Assembly: GCA_010909165.1 (NCBI GenBank)
Contig: MU008158.1
Span: forward strand, 2,505,478-2,569,477
Length of the DNA stretch: 64,000 nucleotides
Direction: 5' to 3'
Origin: Anthoceros angustus
Lineage: Eukaryota > Plantae > Anthocerotophyta
Part shown: positions 1 through 10,985 of the stretch, piece by piece
Position numbering within the stretch: the first letter of the stretch is position 1
Layout of the letters: every line of letters begins with the position of its first letter
Position numbers and translations under genes: made by a program
The notes under the pieces: generated by a model
What the model saw: the letters and a program-made list of their open reading frames with translations, nothing else
Told to the model about the DNA's origin: nothing
The model's database searches: none

Positions 1-884
1 TCATTCGCAAGAAAAGGGTATGAGGCCATGGGTTGCGCCAAAGTTCGCGGACATCCGGTGACCGCCTGGAATAAGGACCGCCATCTCACCTTGTACGTGG
101 TCCGACCCTGCGTCTTTTATTTTCCTCTTTAGGTCATCGCAATCTGCACAGACTGAAAACCGGTTGCACCGTGGTATTTTAACAACCCGGAAATACTTCA
201 TCCAAAGCTTGCAAAAGTAGCTGTAACAAACGTGGGAGCAAAGTGATCTGTTCTGCTGCCTGGCATACTCAATGAAGATCTCCTTTTCGTAGTCGCAAGT
301 TGAAGACTTCCGATTCGGCCTCTTTCCACGACCTTTGAAGAAAACGCCCATCCACATGACGTGTAATCCATATGGCGTTATTTGCTTTAGACCGTAGCCT
401 ACGGTCCATCTAACATTTTTCACTACCCCGGTTTGCATTCTTGTATCTTAGTGACCCAATGCGTAAAACCCGATGAAAGCCCTCACACACACCGCTTCTT
501 CCCATGTGGAATCCGGTTTATCCATACTATGGGCAACAACTCCTCTTCGCCTTCGATCGATCCAGATGGTCTTGCAAATGCTCCTCGCCTCTCCTTTGTC
601 ATGCGGAAGAATGCTACAGAATCACCTTCAATTTGAATGGCCAACACGCCTAAACATTTTTGTCACAACAATGCCGCTTTAAATCGGCGCACAACTTGGC
701 CTGAACAATGCTTCTCTAAGACCAAATCCATTCTAGCTGGCCGGAGGTACTTTACGCTTGGCAACGCTGCAGCTGTTGCACGCAAATCCTCACCTTTTGG
801 CTTTGATGCGCGAGGCATCATCTCGTGCAACTCCAACCGGATGGCATCACAATCACCAAACAAAGATCCGGGACCACGGACCAC
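1..884 (-). mobile_element. Degenerate N-terminal part of a Sola-like (DUF7869-associated) DDE DNA transposase; continues off the left edge
   Basis: The minus-strand frames, broken by frameshifts, give this motif order: CCDKN-CL, HGKKRCVRAF, WMGVFF...PN, KEIFIEY, YSYFCKLWMKYFRVVKIPRCNRFSVCADCDDLKRKI. The SYFxxLW...KIP...FxxCxxC string is what I recall preceding the catalytic domain in Sola-type transposases. The family call is from motif memory, not a search. Confidence 0.5.
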
Positions 885-1619
885 ATTAGCTCTTGACGAC
901 TCCCAAGATTTGTAACTCCGCCATCACCAAGGCGATATTGTTTCCAAGCCAAGCCCAAAATCAACAATGTTGTGGATCTTCTCACCAAAGTCCGGAGACT
1001 CGCAACACTCCACATCGTAGTCTTGCCCTGTTCCCGCCTCGTGTAGCACATTCTCGATAGTATTCTCGACCCGCCCACAAAGATCCGCCGGAGGCCGACC
1101 TTGTCCGGCAGGCCCGGTGTTATCCGCGGCCGCCCAATGCGCCCCGAGGTACATCTTCGCGATGCGCCGCCATCGGGTGATCAAGAAGTCCGGATGGATG
1201 GTGCCGTGAGCCGCCTCGTGGTGGCACACGCGGGCCTCGCCGCGGCGTCTGCGTCGAGCACCGGACATCCGGTTAAACGTCTGCACGAGTTCTTCTTGTG
1301 CGATCCTCTCCGCCCGCATCGTACCCGGGATCGATGAAAAGGTCGCCATCACCGCAACCATATCCTCCCACCCTCCATATCCGGAACACGCACATCGCCA
1401 TCGCCTCCACCGCTAGAAGTCTGCCACCGGTCTCTTCAAGGACTATGCCGACGCGCCGCCATAGCCTCGTGAATCATCCTCTAAAACTACGACGGGGTTG
1501 TGCGGGCATCATCGTGAGATCAACAATTGAGTCGCCGACTCATGGCCACCTTCGAATGACATGCATCCGACCCGCCCGGCGAATGTAAAATCGAACACGC
1601 CGCCGCCGCCGTGGGCCAT

Positions 1620-2647
1620 TGCTCACACCGAGGGGCGTGACGCCCAGGGAGGAGGAGGGATGCGCAAGGTGGATGAGAAGTGGATGCGCAAGACTCGATA
1701 CACCGGGCTGTGCGAAATAAGCCTTCGCACTAAATGTGCAATGAAGTCGAGGTGCCCACTTTGCGGTTGGTAGGAAACGGTGGTACCGCTAGTCGGTGGA
1801 TGCCGAATCACTCTAGGTGCCCATCGTTATGCCACGCGAACACTATTTTAGCTGTGGCATAACTAGCATATACCTTAGAATATGCTCAATATGCATTTGC
1901 CACATTAGCCGACAATGGCAAAACACGACGCCGGACAAAGCATTTAAGGAGTTGCTTGATTACAGAGTCGCCTTTGCCGTGTCTTCCTTCATGAAGGCAC
2001 AACGACCCCACCTTCCCTCTCTACTTGATGTAGATTCATTCCGCTTTAGGCGGAAGACGGTATTTCCCTCTAGCTTATGTGTTGGTGGAAAGGCAAGAGA
2101 TTGCGCGGACTAGAGAAAACGGTTCGTGCTCACACGGAGGGGCGTGACGCCCAAATGGGAGGAGGAGGGATGCGCAAGGTGGATGAGAAGTGGATGCGCA
2201 AGACTCGATACACCGGGCGTCAAATAAGCCTTCGCACTAAATGCTAGCAATGAAGTCGAGGTGCCCACTTTGCGGCGGTAGGAAACGGCGTATACCGCTA
2301 GTCGGTGGGTCACTTAGGTGCCCATCGTTATGCCATGCAACACTATTTTAGCCGTGGCATAACTAGCATATACCTTAGAATATGCTCAATATAACATTTG
2401 CCACATTAGCTGGGACAATGGCAAAACACGGACGCCGGCGACAAAGCATTTAAGGAGTTGCTGGATTACAGAGCCTGCCTTGCCCTGTGTCTTCCTTCAT
2501 GAAGGCACAACGACCCCACCTTCCCCTCTCTACTTGATGTAGATTCATTCCGCTTTGGCGGGAAGACGTGTATTTCCCTCTAGCTTATGTGTTGGCGGGA
2601 AAGGCAAGAGATTGCCGCGGACTAGAGAAAACGGTTCGTGCTCACAC
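1620..2647. repeat. Head-to-tail tandem duplication, ~510-bp unit (1620-2126 / 2127-2638)
   Basis: Two near-identical copies. The 9-bp microhomology TGCTCACAC occurs at 1620, 2127 and 2639. Differences are mostly 1-2 bp indels. Confidence 0.92.
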
Positions 2648-2779
2648 TCACCCGCACTTTGTCCAACAATGGGCCGGCCTGCAGATCACAAGACACTCGA
2701 CCTCCTCGGTGCGGTGCAATTCTGTTGCTCTCGGCTGCGGCCGAGGGCAATGTCGTCTCCCTACTAGAAAAGGCAGCCT

Positions 2780-3225
2780 ATGTTACAGTCGTTATTGCAA
2801 TTTCATGTAACACTTCCGAATTGCAACATGCTATTTAGGCTTGGTATTAAGATTGACACTATTCCCTTCTCATCTTTGTCACCATCTTAACATGAACTGG
2901 CTCTCTCTCATCACCTCACCCTCCTAAGTACAACATCCTCTCGCTAGCATTGTTTATGATTTCAAACATATACAATGAAAACTTGCTTATGTTATAGTCC
3001 TTTGTTACAATTTCATGTAACACTTTCCATGTGGTACACCCAAAAGTTAGGTGGCTTGGTGTTAAGTTTGTGATTTTCCCTCCACCTTCTCTCACCATCT
3101 TAACAACATGCAAGTGGTCTCTTGACCTTACACCTCGCCATTAAGAGCTTATCATCAAGTTTGTTGGTTTGGTGTTAAGTTTGTGATTTTGTTTTCCACT
3201 TTCTCTTACCATCTTAACAACATGC
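2780..3225. repeat. Cluster of short degenerate direct repeats (possible TE subterminal region)
   Basis: Recurrent blocks: CAATTTCATGTAACACTT (x2), GGTGTTAAGTTTGTGATTTT (x2) and ACCATCTTAACA (x3). Confidence 0.6.
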
Positions 3226-3611
3226 TCTGGTCTCTCCTTTCACCTCACACTCCTAGTTAATGCTCCAGATGACACCCATTTCTTTATTGTTTTCCCTCTT
3301 TGTGTTGCCATATGATTGTGACAATGAGCTCCCCTCCACCAGATTTTATTCTTCCTTCTTGCTTTTCCTACATAGCAATTACCAGTAACTCTATCTCTCC
3401 CCCTGTAGGTATCATTCTCTTTCCATCTTCCCTCTTCAATGCACCCTATGTCCACACCTGGTTTTCTTTTCAAGCCCCATATACACAGCTGAAACCCTTG
3501 TTATTGCCTAATTATGTATAGTAGGATTCTACATTATTTATATGTCCATTTATATATACGGTTGGCAGGCCGATGTATTCTGTATAATCCTACATACATG
3601 ACTGAAACACG

Positions 3612-3631
3612 TATATATATATATATATATA
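3612..3631. repeat. (TA)n microsatellite
   Basis: Run of tatatatatatatatatata. Confidence 0.9.
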
Positions 3632-4154
3632 TTTTTTGAATACATACTCTTTATGTATAGGTACAAATTCATAGATATCTAACCATGCCATAGTTATAAG
3701 TATACACCTCATAGATTAATATATACCTCATCACATTTACCACCAAATGCGACACATGCGCATTACGTTTCTTCAAACGCCCCCCTTTGTGCGTTTTTCC
3801 CTATCTAGACTTCCGCTTCGTATACGAACATGTGCGGCTTGCAGCACATATGCCATAGTTTTCGGGTTCATTCCACAACTGGCTAAAACATATCGAAGGA
3901 CAATGTAAACGCTACACAGAACTATGGAATGCCCGCTCTACATGTGTGGCAGCTGCTATGAGGCCGATCTCCCTTCATCTGTTCGTGACTGACCATCACC
4001 CGTCCTCGACGCACTACCAACTGAAGCGTGTGCAAGTTGCTGTTACTGTCCACAAGCACTCCCCCTCCACCAGCCACGTTACGTGCGATGGCAGATTTTT
4101 GAATGTCCTCTGCATGCGCTTGCCCGGTGCGTGTTTCATTTGCCGTTTGCTCCC

Positions 4155-7070
4155 GCTTTGCACAACTGGAAGAAAGGAACTGGCATCAAAATCCACGAGC
4201 GTCCACAGCACAAATCAATCCAGGCTTATTGCCAGACATGGACTTGCACATACCACACAGTGGCGGAAGCACCTACAGCTCTTCGACGTCATCCGAGTCT
4301 GACTCCTCCTGCATCTTCAAGCCGCTCTTTTGCACGACCTTTTGGCCTAGCACCTCCCGCCTGCTTTCTCCCGCTCATGTCGACCCTTTGTGGCATTCGA
4401 GCCACTAACCTCCGCTCGGGCCTTGCACTCCGGCCCCATAGGCTGCATATTCACCGTGCAAGAATTACGTTAGGCAAAATGATCGCATTCAATTCATCCC
4501 CGCCGCCATTGCCACCAAACTCACACTTTTGGAGGATCTTGTGATTCGCCTTGTGGGTGGCAACACACTCACGCCTCCACCTTCCACACCATCCCCACGC
4601 CTCCGACATCACAGTGTGATGCCCTCCTCGTTCCACCTTCCCTTCCCCTCGGGACATGCTATGGTTCCTTCCATCTTTTCGTGCCCTTCACCGCACATTA
4701 TTTTCCTTCTCCTTCGACTGCAGCCATGCACACACATCGCCATCGCTCACAGCCTTCATGTCCTACATGCGCACTTTTTGACCAGCCTAGCTATTCAACC
4801 AAGGCCCCGATCGCCATACCACTCCGAGTCCCGCATGCTCTCCAATCCATGTTTCGCAGCCCATTTCAACTCTTGTCTTGCGCTCCTTCCCCACTGAACA
4901 TACCTTCTCTCGAACTCTTTTGCTCCCATGGGACCAAATGGATTGGTCCCATGCTCGCTTTGCACAACGCAAGAAAGGAACGCATCAAAATCCACGAGCG
5001 TCCACGACAAATCAATCCAGGCTTATTGCCAGACATGGACTTGCACATACCACACGGTCGGAAGCACTCTGACTCTCCATCCGAGTCTCGACTCCTCCTG
5101 CATCTTCAATAGCCGCTGCCTTTTGCTCGACCTTTTGGCCTAGCACCTCCCGCCTGCTTTCTCCCGCTCATGTCGACCCTTTGAGCGGCATTCGAGCCAC
5201 TAACCTCCACGTTCGTGCCTTGCACTCGGCCCCATAGGCTGCATATTCACCGTGCAAGTTAGGCAAAATGATGCATTCAATTCATCCCCGCCGCCATTGC
5301 CACCAAACTCACACTTTTGGAGAGATCTTGTGATTCGCCTTGTGGGTGGCAACACACTCACGCCTCCACCTTCCACACCATCCCCACGCCTCCGACATCA
5401 CCGAGTGTGATGCCCTCCTCGTTCCACCTTCCCTTCCCCTCGGGACATGCTATGGTTCCTTCCATCTTTTCGTGCCCTTCACCTGGCACATTATTTTCCT
5501 TCTCCTTCTGACCTGCAGCCATGCACACACATCAGTTACTGTTCACAGCCTTCATGTCCTACATGCGCACTTTTTTGACCACAGCTAGCTATTCAACCAA
5601 GGCCCCGATCTATCGCCATACCACTCCAGTAGTCCTGCATGCTCTCCAATCCATGTTTCGCAGCCCATTTCAACTCTTGTACTGTTGCGCTCCTTCCCCA
5701 CCGCTGAACATACCTTCTCTCGAACTCTTTTGCTCCCATGGGACCAAATGGATTGGTCCCATGCTCGTGCTTTGCAAGTCGAGCTGAAGTTGCGGCTGCT
5801 TGTTGTGGGGTTGGCCACACACCACCGTGCTTGTGCAACGTTACCACTGCTTGCTCCACAGCCCGTCTCCACGCCTTGGTGCGCTCGAGGGTGCAGCCAT
5901 TTCGCATCTTTTCCTTCTCCTCCAAATAACCGCTGTCGCACCTTCTTGCCAACGCGTTGTGGTTTCTTGTCCATGCCCCTGCAAACCTGGACACGATATC
6001 CTCGCGATCTACACTAGGGAACTCGTACTCTACCTTCCTCACCAATCATCCCTCAAAGTCTCGTCGTCGGACCATGGTACCATCAAGCTGCATCTTCAAT
6101 AGCCGTCTTTTGCTCGACCTTTTGGCCTAGCCTGCTTTCTCCCGCTCATGTCGACCCTTTGAGCGGCATTCGAGCCACTAACCTCCACGTTCGTGCCTTG
6201 CACTCGGCCCCATAGGCTGCATATTCACCGTGCAAGAAGTTACACTAGGCAAAATGATCCGCATTCAATTCATCCCCGCCGCCATTGCCACCAAACTCAC
6301 ACTTTTGGAGACAGATCTTGTGATTCGCCTTGTGGGTGGCAACACTCACGCCCACTCCACCTTCCACACCATCCCCACGCCTCCGACATCACCCGAGTGT
6401 GATGCCTCCTCCACCTTCCCTTCCCCTCGGGACATGCTATGGTTCCTTCCATCTTTTCGTGCCCTTCACCGCACATTATTTTCCTTCTCCTTCTCGACCG
6501 CAGCCATGCACACACATCGCCATCGCTCACGCCTTCATGTCCTACATGCGCACTTTTTGACCACTAGCTATTCAACCAAGGCCCCGATCTATCGCCATAC
6601 CACTCCAAAGAGTCCCGCATGCTCTCCAATCCATGTTTCGCAGCCCATTTCAACTCTTGTATGCTGGCCCTTCCCCACCGCTGAACATACCTTCTCTCGA
6701 ACTCTTTGTTCTATGGGACCAAATGGATTGGTCCCATGCTCGTGCTTTGCAAGTCGAAATGGGTTGCGGCCGCTTGTTGTGGGGTTGGCCACACACCACC
6801 GTGCTTGTGCAACGCTACCACCGCTTGCTCCATGCCGCCTCCACGCCTTGGTGCCGACGTCGAGGGTGCCATTTCGCATCTTTCCCTTCTCCTCCAAATA
6901 ACCGCACTGTCGCACCTTCTTGCCAACGCTAGGTTTCTTGTCCGCAAGCCCCGCAAACCCGGACACGATATCCTCGCGATCTACACTAGGGAACCTCATT
7001 TCCACCTTCCTCACCAACTGCCCTCAAAGTCTCGCCGTGGTCGGACCATGGTACCATCAACCGCATCTTC
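4155..7070. repeat. Two overlapping tandem duplications (4155-4956/4957-5768 and 5100-6089/6090-7062), giving three copies of a core segment
   Basis: Junction microhomologies GCTTTGCA (4155, 4957, 5769) and GCATCTTC (5100, 6090, 7063). The copies align throughout with indel-type differences. Confidence 0.9.
5593..6045 (-). pseudogene. TE-derived ORF fragment resembling the Ptta/En-Spm (CACTA TnpA-like) domain; partial copies at 4795-5010 and 6589-7017
   Basis: The segment ...SARLAKHEHGTNPFGPMGAKEFERRYVQRWGRSATVQELKWAAKHG parallels FGYGGQKGFMDRFRGKFERDPTHDEI inside the bona fide CACTA element at 50127-50606, and the Gx(3)F...GRxPTxxEL pattern of Transposase_24. Confidence 0.45.
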
Positions 7071-7276
7071 GCACACTAGCTCCAACACGCTGGAAGGCCT
7101 TCCGACCTCCCTCCTCGTCGGTGGGCTCTTCCTCCTCATCTTCATTCTCCACCCACCCTCCATCACACAGTGCTCACACCATGTAAACCCCCACGACCAT
7201 GCATTGCACAACACGGCAATGATGTCGTCAAGTGGCTTACCGCCAACTTTTCTCGGCTCCCTATCTCTCCTCACAA

Positions 7277-10200
7277 TGTTGTCGGTGGGTCCTCGTCCAC
7301 CTCTTCACCATTTCCACTCCTGCCTCCCTCCCGCTTTCACCATCCTCGTGCCGGTGGTGTCCTCGTCACCAGGCCTCTCGACCCATGTGCGGTGTTTCGT
7401 GGCCTCCTCCTCTTCCTCCCTGCGCAATATCAACTCCAAAGGCCGCACTTTGCTGCCCTTGAAAGACCCTCCCGCCGCTCCTTCGAGTCTCCATGGTCAC
7501 CAAAATAAGCTCTTCTAGAAGAGCCCTATTCTCCCTCCCGCCATCCGAGGTGCGCGTCCTCGGCAAGACCTCCGTCGTCCTCCACATGCCACGGCCCGTC
7601 GCGCACCTCGGGCAATTTCGTACTCTTCAACGGCGTGGAGGGCCCTTTCAAAGTCCGTCTGTCAGGCGGTCGTCCCCACCACAAGCTCCACCGTTAGTGC
7701 CCACCTCTTGGAGACAGACGCGTCGGAATGAGGAGGATTTGTTGCGCGCCTCCTCCTCATCGGCAACACCTTCCACTGCGTGCACCTCCCTCCATGCCCC
7801 TCCATGCCTCCATTCGGCTCCACGGAAGGACCCTCCCGGCATCCACTCGCCCGTCTGCAGAGGCGGCGCCCACGCCACACCTCGGTTCCTCGGCTTTGGC
7901 ACCGTCCGAGGCCGTTGTGCAATTCCACTTGACCATGCAGCGGTGCTGCGGCGTCCTCTCCATTTTCCAAACCTTCACCGCCTCTCCGGATGGCGCAAAG
8001 CAGACGTGCGGGCCCTCCGTCCTCTGTTTTCCGCGCGTCAACCACTGTCTGGGCATCGACATCCAAGTCACGGGTAATGGGAGCGGGTTGTAGGCTTAAA
8101 CGAACAGCCTCAGCCAAATCTTCAAAGTCCACGTCCCAAACCATAGCTGGAACCACGCCAACTGCGACGCCTGGAAAGACCTAACCGCGACAAAACGGAG
8201 TGCAACTGCGAAGTGACGATATGGGTTTTCCGAAAGGTGGTAACCTTGTGGTGACGGAGGGAGGGGAGGGGGGCGTAAACGAAAGGACATGCCACCTGGC
8301 TCCTTGCCACAACATGCCATGTTTCCCGCGCACGCACCTCCATCGGTTCTCCCGAATACCCATGTGTTCGCTTATGGCATGCCCCCATGCCGTCTTTGCC
8401 GTGCGGACACCCGTCACCTATTTGTACGAAGCTTCCATGTCCCCATGCTTCACATATATAGCCCGGCAATTTTGTACAATACTTCGTGACCCAAGGACGA
8501 AATTGGTAACAATGCTCGGATGCCCATGTGCCAAGGATGTTGTATGGTCATTCACGCCGTCATGGCCCGCGTTCAACATGCCATGCCACACGGACGAACA
8601 ACACGTCCGGAACTGGTGGTTTTTACCTTCTATGTCAAGTGTGCGAGCCATAAAGCGTGCCACTGGCTCCGGACGATGCGCCGTCCTTGCCGTCACCCGC
8701 TCACCTACATTCCAAGCTGCCATGTCCCGTGCTTCATATATAGCCCGGCAGATTTGAACGCCTTCTCGTGAAAGGGCCAATTTGGCGCATGCTTCGGATG
8801 CCCATGGGTGAATGGTGTTGTCGGTAGGTCCTCGTCCACCTCTTCACCATTTCCACTCCGCCTCCCTCCCGCTTTCACCATCCTCGTGCCGGTGGTGTCC
8901 TCGTCACTGGCCTCTCGACCCATGTGCGGTGTTTCGTGGCCTCCTCCTCTTCCTCCTGCCAAGCAATATCAACTCCAAAGGCCGCACTTTGCTGCCCTTG
9001 AAAGACCTCCGCCCGCTCCTTCGAGTCTTCCATGGTCACCAAAATAAGCTCTTCTAGAAGAGCCCGATTCTCCCTCCCGCCATCCAGAGGTGCGCGTCCT
9101 CGGCAAGACCTCCGTCGTCCTCCACATGCCCGTCGGCTCGCACCTCGGGCAATTTCGTACTCTTCAGCGGCGTGGAGGGCCCTTTCAAAGTCCGCGTCTG
9201 TCGGCGTCGTCCCTGCACCCACAAGCTCCACGCCCACCTCTTGGAGACAGACGTCGGAATGAGGAGGATGTGTTGCCGCCTCCTCCTCATCGGCAACACC
9301 TTCCACTGCTGCCTCCCTCCCGAAGCCCCTCCATGCCTCCATTCGGCTCCACGGAAGGACCCTCCCGGCATCCACTCCCCGTGCAGGCGGCGAGATCGCC
9401 CACTTGCCTCGGTTCCTCGGCTTTGGCACCGTCCAGGGCCGTTGTGCAATTCCACTTGACCATGCACGGGTGCTGCCGGCGTCCTCTCCATTTTCCAAAC
9501 CTTCACCGCCTCTCCGGCCGGCGCAAGCAGACGTGCGGGCCCTCCGTCCTCTCCATTTTCCAGCGTCAACCACTTCTGCATCGCCATCCAAGTCACGGGT
9601 TATGGTAGCGGGTTGTGAAACGAACGAGCCAAATCTTGAGTCCACGTCCCAAACCATAACCACGCCAATGCGGCGCCTGACAGACCTAACCGCGACAAGC
9701 GAGTGCAACTGCGAAGTGACGATGTGGGTTTTGCGAAAGGTGGTAACCTTGTGGTGACGGAGGGAGGGGAGAGGGGGCGTAAACGAAAGGACATGCCACC
9801 AGGCTCCTTGCCACACCATGCCATGTTTCCCGCGCGCGCACCTCCATCGTTTCTGCCGAATACCCATGTGTTCGATTATGGCATGCCCCCATGCCGTCTT
9901 TGCCGCGCGGACACCCGTCACCTTTTTGTATGAAGCTGCCATGTCCCCATGCTTCACATATATAGCCCGGTAGTTTTGTACAATATTTCGTGACCCAAGG
10001 ACGAATTTGGCAACTATGCTCGGATGCCCATGTGCCAAGGATGTTGTATGGTCATTCATGCCGTCATGGCCCGCGTTCAACATGCCATGCCACACGGACG
10101 AACAACACGTCCGGAACTGGTGGTTTTTACCTTCGATGTCAAGTGTGCGAGCCATAATGCGTGCCACGGCTCCGGCCCTGATCGCCCGTCCTTACACCGT

Positions 10201-10325
10201 CTACATTCCAAGCTGCCATGTCCCCGTGCTTCACATATATAGCCCGGCAGATTTGAACGCCTTCTCGTGACCGAAGGACGAATTTGGCGCATGCTTTCGG
10301 ATGCCCATGGGTGAATGGTGTTGTC
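7277..10325. repeat. Head-to-tail tandem duplication, ~1.5-kb unit (7277-8815 / 8816-10318)
   Basis: The copies are colinear. The 7-bp microhomology TGTTGTC occurs at 7277, 8816 and 10319. Confidence 0.9.
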
Positions 10326-10535
10326 TGGTGTGTCGGCCGTCATGGCTCGCACCCTAGCCATGCTGTCTTTTCCGGGCGCACACACCTCGTCTTTTTGTTC
10401 GAAGTTGGCATGTCCCCATACTTCGCATATATAGGCGGGCAGATTTGTACGATAATTCGTGACCCAAGGACGAATTTGGCAACTTAAAGCGGATGCCCAT
10501 GGGCCATGGATGTTGTTGGTTTGTGAGTTGAAAAA

Positions 10536-10985
10536 GACCATGGTCCAAGGATGGTTGCATATGTGGTGAAAGTGTTGACTACTTATTCGAGATCCAAGGA
10601 CCATTGTTCGCAATCGGAATGACCATGGTCCAAGGATGGTTGCATATGTGGTGGAGCAGGCTACTTTTCGAGATCCAAGGACCATTGTTCGCAATGCAAT
10701 CGAATGACCATGGTCCAAGGATGGTTCTGCATATGTGGTGGAACAGTTGACTACTTTTTCGAGATCCAAGGACCATTGTTCGCATGCAATCGGAATGACC
10801 ATGGTCCAAGGATGGTTAATGCATATGTGGTGAGTGTTGAATACCTTTTCGATGACCAAGGACCATTGTTCGCAATGCAATCGAATGACCATGGTCCAAG
10901 GATGGTTAATGCATATGTGGTCGAGCATGTTGAATACTTTTCGAGGACCATTGTTCGCAATGCAATCGAATGACCATGGTCCAAG
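10536..10985. repeat. Minisatellite, 85-91-bp unit, ~5.2 copies
   Basis: GACCATGGTCCAAG recurs at 10536, 10621, 10706, 10797, 10887 and 10972. The intervening sequence (GCATATGTGG...CAAGGACCATTGTTCGCAATGCAATCGAAT) is also conserved. Confidence 0.93.

Noticed and set aside
8875-10167. 430-aa minus-strand ORF as an intact gene
   Set aside because: The frame is not preserved in the duplicate copy at 7277-8815. The ORF appears to be a mosaic of frames caused by indels.
10536-10985. CRISPR-like array (regularly spaced palindromic repeat)
   Set aside because: The intervening sequences are copies of each other rather than unique spacers. There are no cas genes and the context is eukaryotic.
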